Origin: the human T2T-CHM13v2.0 reference genome, Homo sapiens | DNA: 64,000 nt | Direction: 5' to 3' (one strand) | NCBI RefSeq assembly: GCF_009914755.1 | Contig: NC_060926.1 | Shown here: positions 1 through 17,572 of the stretch, in pieces | How positions within the stretch are numbered: position 1 is the first letter of the stretch | How the letters are laid out: the number at the start of each line of letters is the position of its first letter | Translations under genes and position numbers: made by a program | Notes under the pieces: generated by a model | The model's database searches: none | The model's input: the letters and a program-made list of their open reading frames with translations, nothing else | What the model was told of the DNA's origin: nothing

Positions 1-146
1 ATTTCCAAATAAACTCATATTCTGAGTTTCCAGGTGAACAGAAATTTGGGGGAGACACCCACCCCACATCAACAGGCTCCAACATAATAAAAGTAGACTA
101 TAACGGAAAGAGTTATTTAAGATATTTACGTTATTTAAGAGTTCTT

Positions 147-430
147 GGCTGGGCACAATGGCTGACACCTGTAATCCCAGCACTTTGGGAAGCTGAGGTG
201 GGTGATCACTTGAGGTCAGGCATTCAAGACCAGCCTGTCCAACATGGTGAAACCCTGTCTCTACTAAAAATACAATAGCTGGATATGTTGGTGGGGACCT
301 GTAATCCCAGCTACTCAGGAAAAGCAGGAGAACTGCTTGACCCTGGGAGGCAGAAGTTGCAGTGAGCCAAGATGGCGCCACTGCCCTCCAGCCTGCGCAA
401 CAAGAGCAAAACTCCATCTCAAAAAAAATA
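147..430 (+). mobile_element. Alu (S-type)
   Basis: GGCTGGGCACAATGGCT...two monomers...A tail. Confidence 0.9.
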
Positions 431-666
431 ATAAGAGTTCTCAGGGAAAGTCAAAACAGAAGAGAAAAAAAAATACCTGAAACTAGAGGAAACTAAAGTT
501 TCTGGCACCTACAGCTATAGGAAACATTAAACACGGCCCAGCTACTAGTCAGATTAACATAAAACCTCACACAATAAGGCCGATTTACTTCAGGTCCTAC
601 TATCATATACATCATGTCCAGCTTTCAACCAAAATTTCAAAGATATACTAAAAGACAGTTAAAAAC

Positions 667-2420
667 TGTCAACCTAAATAACAGAGAAAGGCTCTCTAAA
701 AGAAAAAGATATTTATTCAGGAATAGAGCATTGCAGTGGGAATGTGTGTGCCACAGTAAACTGCATATTCAAGGAGGAAGAATGAGGATTATATTGTGTC
801 CAGAATTGGTGGGTTCTTGGTCTCACTGACTTCAAGAATGAAGCCGGTGACCCTTGCAGTGAGGCATGTCCGGAGTTTGTTCCTTCCTTCTGATGTTCGG
901 ACGTGTTTGGAGTTTCTTCCTTCTGGTGGGTTCAGGGTCTCACTGGCCTCGGGAGTGAAACTACAGACTCTCACAGTGAGTGTTACAGCTCATAAAGGCA
1001 GTGCAGACCCAATGACTGAGCAGCAACAAGATTTACTGCAAAGAGTGAAAGAACAAAGTTACCACAGTGGAAACAAAGACCCCAGCGGATTACCACTGCT
1101 GGCTTGGGCAGCCTTCTTTTATTCCATTATCTGGCCCCACCCACATCCTGCTGATAGGTCCATTTTACAGAGAGCTGATTGGTCTGTTTTACAGAGAGCT
1201 GATTGGTCCGTTTTGACAGCATGCTGATTGGTGCATTTACAATGCCTGAGCTAGACAGAAAAATTCTCCAAGTCCCCACTAGATTAGCTAGACATAGAGC
1301 ACTGCTTGGTGCATTTACAAACCTTGAGCTAGACACAGGGTGCTGATTGGTATGTTTACAAACCTTGAGCTAGACACAGAGTGCTGATTGGTGTATTTAC
1401 AATCCCTTAGCTGGACATAAATGTCCCCACTAGATTAGCTAGATACAGAGTGCTGATTGGTGCATTTACAAACCCTGAGCTAGACACAGGGTGCTGATTG
1501 GTGTGTTTACAAACCTTGAGCTAGATACAGAGTGCTGATTGGTGTATTTACAATCCCTTAGCTAGACATAAAGGTTCTCCAAGTCCCCACTAAACCCAGG
1601 AGCCCAGCTGGCTTCACCTAGTGGATCCTGCATCAAGGCCACAGGCGGAGTTGCCCGCCAGTCCCACCGTGCACCCGCACTCCTCAGCACCTTGGGCGGT
1701 GATGGGACCCAGAGCCACGGAGGCTCGGGCGGAGCAGGAGCCCACGGAGGTGGGGAGGCTCGGGCATGGCAGGCTGCAGGTCCTGAGTCCTGCCCTGCGG
1801 GGAGGCAGCTGAGGACCCGCGAGAATTCGAGTGCAACGTGGGCGGGCCGGCACTGCTGGGGGACCCAGCGCACTCTCTGTGGCTACTGGCCCAGGTGCTA
1901 AGCTCGTCACTGCCCAGGACTGGTGGTGGCGGCCGGCCGCTCCTACTGCAGGGCTGCCAAGCCCACACCCACCCGGAACTCGCGCTGGTCCGCCAGCACC
2001 CCGTGCAGCCCCGGTTCCCACCCGCGTCTCTCCTTCCGCGCCTCTCCCTCCACACCTCCCCGCAAGCAGAGGGAGCCGGCTCTGGCCTCAGCCAGCCCAA
2101 AGAGGGGCTCCCACACAGTGCAGCGGGAGGCCGAAGGGCTCCTCAAGCGCGGCCAGAGTGGGCGCAGAGGCCAAGGAGGCGCCGAGAGCGAGCGAGGGCT
2201 GCCAGCACGCTGTCACCTCTCAATATGATTGTTTTGAAATGATTATCCTTGGCTACAAGAGTCAGTAACAAAGGTGATGCCTGTCCAAGGTTGAACATTT
2301 AGCTTTGCTGGGCAGATTTCCTTGCGGAAGTATTTTTTTGTGTAAGGTTACAATGGCTTTTGTGCAAGGTTTTGGTTTTTACAGAGCCTTTTGTGATAGT
2401 TTTGTTATCACACCAGTCAC
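667..2420. mobile_element. Older LTR-like element split by the LTR12 insertion (667-790 and 2227-2420)
   Basis: TGTCAACCTAAATAA start; sequence character continues on both sides of the ATAT TSD; family not assigned. Confidence 0.4.
795..2222 (-). mobile_element. Solo LTR12 (ERV9 LTR, LTR12C-like)
   Basis: Minus strand starts TGAGAGGTGACAGCGTGCTGGCAG and ends ACCAATTCTGGACACA; tandem GCTGATTGGT (CCAAT) units; ATAT target-site duplication at 791-794 and 2223-2226. Confidence 0.92.
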
Positions 2421-3615
2421 ACAAAGACAAATACTGTATGATTTCACTTCTCCAATGTCCTAGAGTAGTCAAATTCACAGAGATGAAAAGTATAATTAGT
2501 TTTTGTTTCATGGCTATAGAATTTCAGTTTTCCCAGGTGAAAGAGTTCTGAGGCACTCTAGTATGGATCGGTCTCCCAGATGAACTCATCGTGGGTGGTG
2601 GTGATGGATGCACAACAATATGACTGCCACTAAACTATACACTTAAAAATAGTTAAGATGGTAATTTTTACGTTATTTATATTTCACCACAATAAGAATG
2701 TCTAACTTTTAAAAAGTAAATAAATGAAAGAAGTAATGGGATGCATCGTACCATACAAACTCTAATCAAAGAAAGGTGGGGCAACTGTATTAATTGCAGA
2801 TAAAGCAGACTTCAGAACAAGGAAAATTATAAGGGAGAAAGAGGAACATTACATAGTGATAAAGGGATCAATTCCCCAAGAAAATAGAATAATTCTTAAC
2901 ATATATGTACCTAACAATGTCAAAATATGTAAGGCAAAAACTAGTAGAATTGCAAGGCAAATTAAAATATCCATTCTTATAGTTGGATACCTCAACATAA
3001 GAGATCAGTAGCTGACATATCCAATAAGGATATAGCTGAACTGAACAGCAGCATCAATCAACAGGACATAATAGACATTTATAAACAAATTCATCCAACA
3101 ACAGTAGAATACACATTCTTCTCATGCTTACCAGAAATATTTACCACAATAGACCACATTCTGTGCCATATATGGAACATAAACATGTTTAAAAGAATTG
3201 AAGATGCAAAAATCCTCAATGAAATGGTAACAAATCTTTCAATAATGTCAGATTTGTCCAACACTGAGATTTATTTCAAGTATGCAAATCTGACTCACAT
3301 TCTTAAATCAATTTACATAATTCATCACATCAACAGGCTCAAAAAGAAAAATCATATGATCACATCAATAAATGGAGAAAAAGCATCTGACAAAATTCAA
3401 TACCCATTCATGATAAAAATACAACCCAAAATCTTCAGCAAACTAGGAATAGAGAAGAACTCCCTCAACCTGATGAGGAACAGCTACAAAAAACCCCTAC
3501 ATTTAACGTTAGACTTAATGGTGTAAAACTAGATGTTTTACCGTAAAATCATGAACAAGTCAAGGATGTTCTCTCTCACCAGTCCTTTCTATATCATACT
3601 GGAATTCCCAGCTAA
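2420..3615 (+). mobile_element. Degenerate L1 (L1M) fragments: 3' end and ORF2 pieces
   Basis: ORF 3185-3526 contains HHINRLKKKNHMITSINGEKASDKIQYPFMIK (L1 ORF2 RT-like); endonuclease-region-like sequence 2750-3180; many stops. Confidence 0.8.
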
Positions 3616-3619
3616 TACA

Positions 3620-4215
3620 CTGCATTGTAAGGCAGTTTCATTGTGTGAACATTGTAGGGTTCCTACAATGGCATAGCCTACTGCACACCTGGGCTATACG
3701 TGTTAGCCTACATGGCATAGCCTACTGCACACCTGGGCTATATGGGTTAGCCTGTTGCTCCTAGGCCACAAGCCTGTGCAGCATGTTTCTGTACTGAATA
3801 CTGTAGGCAATCGCAACACAATGGTGTATCTAAACATAGAAAAATATCGTTCAAAATATGGTAGGAAAAATAAAAATATGGTACACCTGTGTAAGGCGCT
3901 TACCATGAATGGAGCTTGCAGGACTGGAGGTTGCTCTGGGTGAGTCAGTGAGTGGTTGGTGAGTGAACGGTAAGGCCTGGGACATTACCGACCACTGCTG
4001 TAGACTTTGTAAACACTGTACATTTAGGCTACACCACGTTTATGAAAAATTTGTTCTTTCCTCAAGAATAACATAACCTTAGCTTACTGTACTTTTTTTA
4101 TTTTACAAACTTTTCAATTTTTAAAAACATTTGGACTTTTTTATAATAATACTTAGCATAAAACACCAACATATAGAGCTGCACAAAATATTTTCTTTGT
4201 ACCCTTATTCTATGA
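3620..4215. mobile_element. Tigger3/GOLEM (MER7)-type DNA transposon remnant
   Basis: GCCTACTGCACACCTGGGCTATATGG...GCCTGTTGCTCCTAGGCCACAAGCCTGTGCAGCATG motif; small internal tandem duplication 3670-3750. Confidence 0.7.
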
Positions 4216-4224
4216 GCTTTTTTT

Positions 4225-6195
<1,971 letters not shown>

Positions 6196-6653
6196 TGAGG
6201 CTGCAGCTGCTGCAGCACTCTGACAAAAAGAGAAATCCTCACGGATGATGATGGTGGCCTTAGGGCACCTGTTAGCACAAAAGTGCTTTTCATAAGCACT
6301 AGTCATCTTCTCTGGTTTATAAGACAGGGAGTCGCAAGAGGGAGAAGATGGCTCCCATGGTGTGGGAGAGAGAAACTAAATCAAATAGGCCCACGGGTCC
6401 ACCCACGCCCACTCACGACCTGGAGAGCCTGCAGTGGTCCATGCTCTACCACCCAAGGGGTAAAGCTCAAACGCCTCTGCCCGGCATCCTGAGACCCAGC
6501 TCCCAAGCAGCTTTCTGGTGCTCCCTTCCTCTGTTCTTCAGGTGGGCTGCACAGAGCCTACACCACTTTTCAACTTAGCCTCAGCATTCAGGGAAGTCTG
6601 CTTTTCAGCTCCACCTTCTGCCTTGGGAAGGCCCGAGAGCCGACTGGCCACTT

Positions 6654-7190
6654 TGAGGCAGGAGACTAGGGTCTGGAGGCAGGAAACCTAAGGCTGATTC
6701 ACGCTGACTTCCTAGAACCAAATTGAAAGGAAAACCCCAACTTTCCATACCTAAGTAGCAAAAGGACCAGGGGCGACTCCCTTTGAAAACCACCCACCCG
6801 TTTCTGCTGGAAAACTGAAAGTACCTCTGATTGGTTGCTTCCTGCAACCGATCAGATATTTGCATAGGAGTGTAACTTTGTAACTTCACTTCAGTCTCTG
6901 ATGAGTTGCTTTCTGCAACCAATCAGATTGATTTCGGGCCACTACTTTATTTGCATGGGGTGAACACCATGTGGCCAATGGGAAACCTCTAGGGGGTATT
7001 CGGACCCCAGAAGATTCTGCAACTGGGCTCTTGAGTCCCTATGCTCGGGGCGCTCCCACCCTATGGAGTGTGCTTTCATTTTCAATAAATCTCTGCTTTT
7101 GTTGCTTCATTCTTTCCTTGCTTTGTTTGTGGGTTTTGTCCAACTCTTTGTTCAAAATGCCAAGAACCTGGACACCCTCCACTGGTAACA
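6654..7190 (+). mobile_element. Solo ERV1 LTR, MER51-like
   Basis: TGAGGCAGGAGACTAGGGTCTGGAGGCAGG...CTGGTAACA termini, CCAAT boxes, AATAAA at ~7084, near-TSD ACTT/GCTT. Confidence 0.8.
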
Positions 7191-7584
7191 GCTTCACTGC
7201 CTTGAAGTCCATCAGGGACCAGGTGGCCACAGAAATGATCATGATATGGAGCCTGCATATCATCTGGAGTTACTCCAGCAAGGCAGGCCATTCCAATTCG
7301 GTGGTAAGGCTGCATATTCACTTTGAATTATAGTTGAGCATGTGAGATGTAACGAGGAGTGAGAAAATATTATGTGCTTTAGGTTTTGAAGTTCTATCAG
7401 TCCATTGAAGTATAAATGCACCATTATTATTGCTGGAGCAAAATGTGCCAATAATTAGTGATGATTGTGAAAGGTATTTACTTTATGTACCAAAACAGTT
7501 ATTAAGAGCTTCTCAACAGATAAATAGGGAAGTAGATTGATGGTTAAGATAATGTGTTAACTAGATAACTTTAAGAAGAACAAT

Positions 7585-9458
<1,874 letters not shown>

Positions 9459-9507
9459 TCAATGGATGAATGGATAACACATTGTGTTTATCCATTGATA
9501 AATTGCT

Positions 9508-10563
9508 GATATAGTTTTGGATCTGTGTCCCACTCAAATCTCCTGTCTAGTTATAACCCCCAGTGTTGGAGGCGGGACCTGGTGGGAGGTGATTGGATCA
9601 TGAAGGCATAGTTCTCATAAATGGTTCAGCACTATCCCTCCTTGGTACTGTGTAATGAGTGAGTTCTCACAAGATCTGGTTGTTTAAAAAGTGTGCCGCA
9701 CCTCCCCCCTCTCTCTCTTGCTCCTACTCCGGCCACGTGGTAAGTGCTGGCTTCCACTTTGTCTTCTGCAATGATTGTAAGTTTCCTGAGGCCTCCTGGA
9801 AGCCAAGCAGAAGGCCAGCATCATGTTTCCTGTACAGCCTGTGGAATCGAGAGCCAATGAAACCTCTTTTCTTTATAAATTACCCAGTCTCAGGTATTTC
9901 TTTTTTTATTCTTTTTTCCTTTTTTTGAGACAGGGTCTTGCTCTCTTGTCCAGGCTGCAGAACAGTGGCATGACACAGCTCACTGCAGCCTCGACCTCTC
10001 AGGCTCAATCGATCCACCCACCTCAGCCACCTGAGTAGTTGGGACTACAGGTATGGGCCGCTATGCCCAGCTAATTTTTTTTTCTCTTTTTGAGACGGAG
10101 TGAGCTCTGTCGCCCAGGCTGGAGTGCAGTGGCGCAATCTGGGCTTGCTGCAATCTCCGCATCCCGGGTTCACGCCATTCTGCTGCCTCAGCCTTCCGAG
10201 TAACTGGGACTACAGGCGCCCACCACCACGCCCAGCTAATTTTTTGTATTTTTAGTAGAGACGGGGTTTCACCATGTTAGCCAGGATGGTCTCAATCCTC
10301 TGACCTCGTGACCCACCTGCCTTGGCCTCCCAAAGTGCTAGGACTACAGGCATGAGCCACTGCGCCCGGCTTATGCCCAGCTAATTTTTGTATTTTTTGT
10401 AGAGATGGGGTTTCACCATGTTGCACAGGCTGGTCTTGAGCTCCTGGACTTAAGTGATCCTCTCACCTTGGCCTCCCAAAGTGCTGGAATTACAGGCATG
10501 CACCATCGTGACTGGCCCAGTATCAGGTAATTCTTTATAGCAATGCAAGAACAGACGAATACA
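9508..10563 (+). mobile_element. MST (MaLR) LTR interrupted by nested antisense Alus (~9900-10520)
   Basis: TGATATAGTTTTGGATCTGTGTCCC start, GCAATGCAAGAACAGACGAATACA end; a young Alu (10076-10370) sits inside an older Alu. Confidence 0.8.
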
Positions 10564-12147
10564 CACGCAGTGGAGTATTACTCAACATTACAAAGGAAGG
10601 AGATTCTGACCCATGCTCTCATATGGATGAAACTTGGAGACATTATACTAAGTCAAATAAGTCAATCACAAAAAGAAAAATACCGTATGATTCCACTTAA
10701 AGAGGTACCTAGGGTAGTCAAATGCATAGACATAGAAATTAGGATTATGGTTGGTTGCCAGGAGCTGGGGGAAGGGGGGGATGGGGAGTTGGTGGTGGTT
10801 GTACTAGGTGAACATAACTTAATTCCGCTGAACTCAACACTTACAGTGGTTACAATGGTGAATTCTAGGTTATGTCTATTTTACCACAATTTTTAAAAAT
10901 AATTTAAAATCCATGATAAATAGAGTGACCATATAGTTTATTGTCTAAACTGGGACACTTTGGGCAATGAAAGTGGATGCTTTTAATAACTACACCTCGA
11001 TCCTAGGGGTTAAAGAGACTGCCCTAGGTAGCCTGGGGGTTCCCCAAAATAGTCACTTCTCCACTTACTTCAGTTGAAAGTGTCTTCTTCGCCTGGTAAA
11101 TATTCAGTACAGTAGCTATGGAAGAAATGTCACCATGAACGGTGCCAAGATATAATTATTCCTGTTCTGGAATGTCAAACTTTAACATTTTGGCCACAAT
11201 ATTCTCTTTTGATCACATTGTCATAATAATTTTGGGATAAAGTGGATGTATCCAGAAGTCCATTCTATGTTGGGACACTTGGCATTGCTCCATGCTTGTG
11301 TGGGGGTGGCACCTTTACCTCCCTGCCTCAATCCTCCCCTTCCCTCCCACTGTCCCCTTCCACCTATCCTTTCAGGTAGGTCTTACACAAATGGCCCCTC
11401 CTCTGTCCTGTCTTTCCTGATCCACCCTGTGGCATTTCTCCACTTCCAAACTTCTCTGGTGCTTTTACTTGGCGTCAGGTGACATGCGATAAGACCTGGA
11501 TTAATTAGTTAATGTTAATAACATCTGCTTGACTGCCAATCCTGAAAAATACCGTAATTAACATCATCAACCAGCCATAGGGAAACCACCTTGGACCTCC
11601 CCGTGTAAACTACTTTGGGCAGTGCCTTGGGTTTTTCAAGAGTTTGTCAGGCACTTGAGGTTGAGGCTCGAAGAAAGAATATTATTTGATTCTTAGCCAT
11701 GGTGGGAACCGACATTTATCTAAGTGTTTTTCATAGACAGGAAGTGGTAATTCTCACCCTCCCTGATCTGGGCTCTGACTCACTGGGGTGCCCCAGCCTC
11801 TGGGCCTGGGCTCACTAGTGGTAGCCAGCTGACCTGAGCATCAGAGTAAGATGCGTGCCTGAAAAATTCCCCTGGTGGGGCCGGTCATGAAAAGTGCCGT
11901 TCTCCTCATTCATGTGGTTTTGTCAGGATGCCCGGATTCCGCAGGCCCGGGCCAGTTATTTTGAGCACACAAGTCACTTTAAAAGACCCCTAAAGGTCAC
12001 TGGTCCCAAGGATTATTTCACCCCCTCACCACAGTTAATGTCGTCTCCCCACCTCTGTTTTTCTGTATTCCCATAACACATTCTGAGTGTGGCTATGTGA
12101 TGTAAAGAGCTGTTTTCATGCAAATGTTCAGGGTAACATCATGCATA

Positions 12148-12538
12148 GTGTCTTAGTTCATCTCCTGCCGCTATACCAAAATACCACAGACTGGGTAATT
12201 TACAAGGCACAGACGTTTATTTGGCTCATGGTTCTGGAGCTGGGAAGTCCAAGAGCGTGGTGCTGGTATCTAGTGAGGGCCATCCCATGGCGGAAGGCAT
12301 CACGTCGTGAGAGAGAACACACGCGAGAGGAAGGAAAGAGGGGCAGAATTCCCTGATTTTATATCTAAGTCACTCCTGTGACAGCTAATCCAGTACCCCA
12401 ATAATGGCCTGAATCCACTCATGAGAGCTGTGTTCCCATGACCTAATCACCACTTAAACGTGCCACTTCTCAACATTGTTGCACTGGCAATTAAGTTTCC
12501 AACACATGAACTTTGGGGGACACATTCAAACCACAGCA
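12148..12538 (-). mobile_element. MaLR LTR (MST/MLT1A-type)
   Basis: TGTCTTAGTTCAT...AATACCACAGACTGGGTAATTTA...GGGGACACATTCAAACCACAGCA. Confidence 0.75.
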
Positions 12539-12729
12539 CTTAGAATATAACAGGATTGCCCCCCTACAGCCATGAGTCCCTTGGATCACCAAGTTAATGT
12601 AACAATAACAAAGTCTAATATGATTTACAGGAAATTGGAAGCTTTAAGTAGCCTCGTGAAGCCAAAGGGCAGCATTAGAGCATATCTTTTGACACCCGAA
12701 GCTTGTGTCAAAAAGGGTATTAACAGTTG

Positions 12730-14022
<1,293 letters not shown>

Positions 14023-14289
14023 TTACACTTTGAGTGAGGCAAGTGTTTGGCACAGAAACCACTTCTCTCCTGGCAACACTTCATAATCCTCCAGTGGCAA
14101 AGCCCCTCTCCGCAAACCCATCTCTCAAGCCACGCACGTCCCAAGAGACACAAGAACACTAGAGGCCAGACAGGAGGGGACAGCCTGCATTGTGTCCTTC
14201 ACCCTTATTTGGACCTTCGCCCTATTGCCTTCTCACACTCTCAGAATCCAGAGGTCATGCCAGTTCAAAAGGAGCCGGTATCATGGAGA

Positions 14290-14880
14290 CTGGGGCTCAG
14301 AAACCAATACCCCCAAATATGGCTCTATGACATGCTGAACTGAAGAAGAAGCCACAAGATTTCTCTGACCTCCCCCAACCCCCGCCTCTGTCTCAGTCTG
14401 TCTCTCTCAAAGCACAGAATGAGGTTGTTCTCTGAAGTTCCCTTATCTGCCTAAAGCCCAGACTCACTAAAGAAGAAAACAATTACTCCTGGTCCCTTCC
14501 TAAATTTTCATGAACTGAACTCATATCCAGGAAGAAAGACTGACATCTATCAACACAGCTAGGCAGACTTTTGTCACAAACCGTTGTATACTCTGCAGGC
14601 ACAATAGACTTTGTCCCAGGCCATTGTATGTTCTTCAAGCCCATTGAATTTCTCTAAAAATCACTTAAACTAAAATCATCCACACTGCCCCATCTCCCTT
14701 TCCCCTAAGAAGAAGGGTATATAAGCATATGTACCCCGCTGGGTTATCGAATAATCACTCTGCTACAGTTCCCCATGCTTGACACGTTAAAATAAATTCA
14801 TAGTGTTTTATCTAATTAACCTGCCTTTTGTGAGTTGATTTTTGTGCAAACTTTCTGAGAGCGAAGGGGAAGTTTTCACG
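14290..14880 (+). mobile_element. Solo ERV1 LTR, MER39-like
   Basis: GGGGCTCAGAAACCAATACCCCCAAATATGG...GACATGCTGAACTGAAGAAG; related copy at 58326-58962. Confidence 0.65.
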
Positions 14881-15239
14881 GGTATTGCATGGTCTTCTGA
14901 AATAACTAGCATTAATATAGATTAGACAAAAACCAACCCTGAACAGGTTCCATGTGACAGCAGAATGTTCTGAAATGGGAAGGAATGAATGTGAGCATGA
15001 GAGGTCTGTGTGAACGGATAATGAGGTTCGGGGTAAGATGCAAAGGAGGATATATATTATACCATCTTTCATATGGAAAGAAGAGAAAATGAATACGTGT
15101 ATGTGTTATTTTTGTGAAAAGAAATACAGTATTAAACAGACACTAATGGAAGGCATTCACCGTGGAGGTGGGAAGGAATGGGGTAGAAGGGATAGGAACG
15201 GCAGTGAGGCTTCTCTTGTATATCTCATATCATTGTCAC

Positions 15240-15545
15240 TTTTTATTTTTTTATTTTTTCAGAGACGGGGTCTCGCTCTCTCACCAAGGTTGGAGTGCAG
15301 TGGCTCACTGGAGCCTCAGCCTCCTGGGCTCAAGCAATCCTCCTGCTTCAGCCTCCCAGTGGCACACGCCACCGTACCCAGCTATTTATTTATTTATTTA
15401 TTCATTTATTTATTTATTTATTTATTTTTGTAGAAATGAGGTCTTCCTACGTTGCCCAGGCTGGTCTCAAACTCCTGGGCTCAAGCAATTCTCCCACCTC
15501 GGCCTCCCAAAGTGCTGGGATTACAGGTGTGAGCCACTATTCTCA
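15240..15545 (-). mobile_element. Alu (J-type) with internal (TTTA)n
   Basis: Alu motifs; TTTA repeat at 15384-15430. Confidence 0.85.
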
Positions 15546-16576
15546 ACCCATTTTTACTTTTTAACTACATAAATGTTTCACGTATTTTAAAAATAAAATT
15601 AAATGTTAAAAAGGTGGGATAAAGAATACCCTACAATAGAATGCAAAAGAAGGAAATCAAACTGATAACGCCTCAAACTGATACCACAACCACACAGAGC
15701 AAACACTCTGATTGTGGAGAAGGATCTGTTCTAAGAACAGAAGAACTATAGAAAAACTTCTATTTAGTATGTTTACTGTTAGCAGTAATATTGGTCTTGT
15801 AATTCTGAAACTCTTTTGTGCATGTATAGTGGAAAGCAAATAAGCAAATATATATTTTACTGACGGGGAAAAAAGATACTAGTAGTCAGTAAAGAAGTGA
15901 AAGAAAAACTGTAATGTTAAATTTGAGTAGGAAATATATCAGTTTGAACTTGTAATTTTTTTTAAAATGAGTTTTCTAATCCTGTCCACTGAATGACAGC
16001 CGAGTAGCAATGATCGCATATATCACCAGGTTCTTTCTTTCTCTATACCATTCACCACTAAAGGCACCAGGGCTCGTTAGAGAAATGGTAGATTCTAGGT
16101 CAGGGGTGAAAATGTACAACGTGAGCATGGAATCTCTTGTCACACCAGAAAGCAAAACAGTTTTGGAAGATAAATGTGATCATGTCAAAAGGATTCAGGA
16201 GCTGACCTGAGGGCTCCCACTGCTCAAATGTGGGATGATTTGAACATCAAAATGAATAACTGTAGTTTCAATTATAGCATTTTTAAAACTCCACGAACCC
16301 ACAGTGATTAATGTTTTTAATATAGTGGGATTTGGAAATTCTTACAGAAAAAAAGGCCAGCTAGTAAATGTAGCAGGAATAAAAGAATGAAAAACTACCA
16401 TTTTCCAACCTCCAATGTAATGCTTCCTTCAGGTAAGCATCACCAAGAGTTGCCAAAACTGTTTGGTGACTTGGATATTCAGTTAATCCTGTGACCATGT
16501 GAAGATTCTAAAAATTACTTACAAAAGGGGAAGCAGAGTGAGGATTAGTGATCAAACTCAGAATGACCAAGAGTGG

Positions 16577-17572
16577 CTGACATTATGTACTCCAGATGTG
16601 ATGCCTGACATTATTTACTCCAGATGTGATACCTGACATTATTTACTCCAGATGTGATACTGACATTATGTACTCCAGATGTGATACCTGACATTATTTA
16701 CTCCAGATGTGATACCTGACATTACTTACTGCAGAAGTGATACTGACATTATTTACTCCAGATGTGATGCCTGACATTATTAACTCCAGATGTGATGCCT
16801 GACATTATTTACTCCAGTTGCGATACTGACATTATTTACTCCCGATGTGATACCTGATGTTATTTACTCCAGATGTGATACTGATGTTTTTTACTGCAGA
16901 TGTGATACCTGACATTATTTACTCCAGATGTGATACTGACATTATTTACTCCAGATGTGATGCCTGACATTATTTACTCCAGATGTGATAACTGACATTA
17001 TTTACTGCAGATGTGATACTGACATTATTTATTCCAGATGTAATGCCTGACATTATTTACTCCAGGTGTGATACTGACATTATTTACTGCAGATGTGATA
17101 CCTGACATTATTTACTCCAGATGTGATATTGACATTATTTACTCCAGATGTGATACTGACATTATTTACTCCAGATGTGATACCTGACATTATTTACTCC
17201 AGATGTGATGCCTGACATTATTTACTCCAGATGTGATACTGACATTATTTACTCCAGATGTGATACTGACATTATTTACTCCAGATGTGATACTGACATT
17301 ATTTACTCCAGATGTGATACCTGACATTATTTACTCCAGATGTGATAACTGACATTATTTACTCCAGATGTGATAACTGACATTATTTACTCCAGATGTG
17401 ATAACTGACATTATTTACTCCAGATGTGATACTGACATTATTTACTCCAGATGTGATACTGACATTATTTACTCCAGATGTGATACTGACATTATTTACT
17501 CCAGTTGTGATGCCTGACATTATTTACTCCAGATGTGATATTGACATTATTTACTCCAGATGTGATACTTGA
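16577..17572. repeat. VNTR/minisatellite, 29-30 bp unit CTGACATTATTTACTCCAGATGTGATA(C), ~33 copies
   Basis: Head-to-tail array directly visible, no spacers. Confidence 0.97.

Noticed and set aside
1562-2268. Multiple 100-145 aa ORFs
   Set aside because: GC-rich LTR12 U3 sequence
16577-17572. 30-bp repeat array as CRISPR-like
   Set aside because: No unique spacers, no cas genes, primate context; it is a plain VNTR
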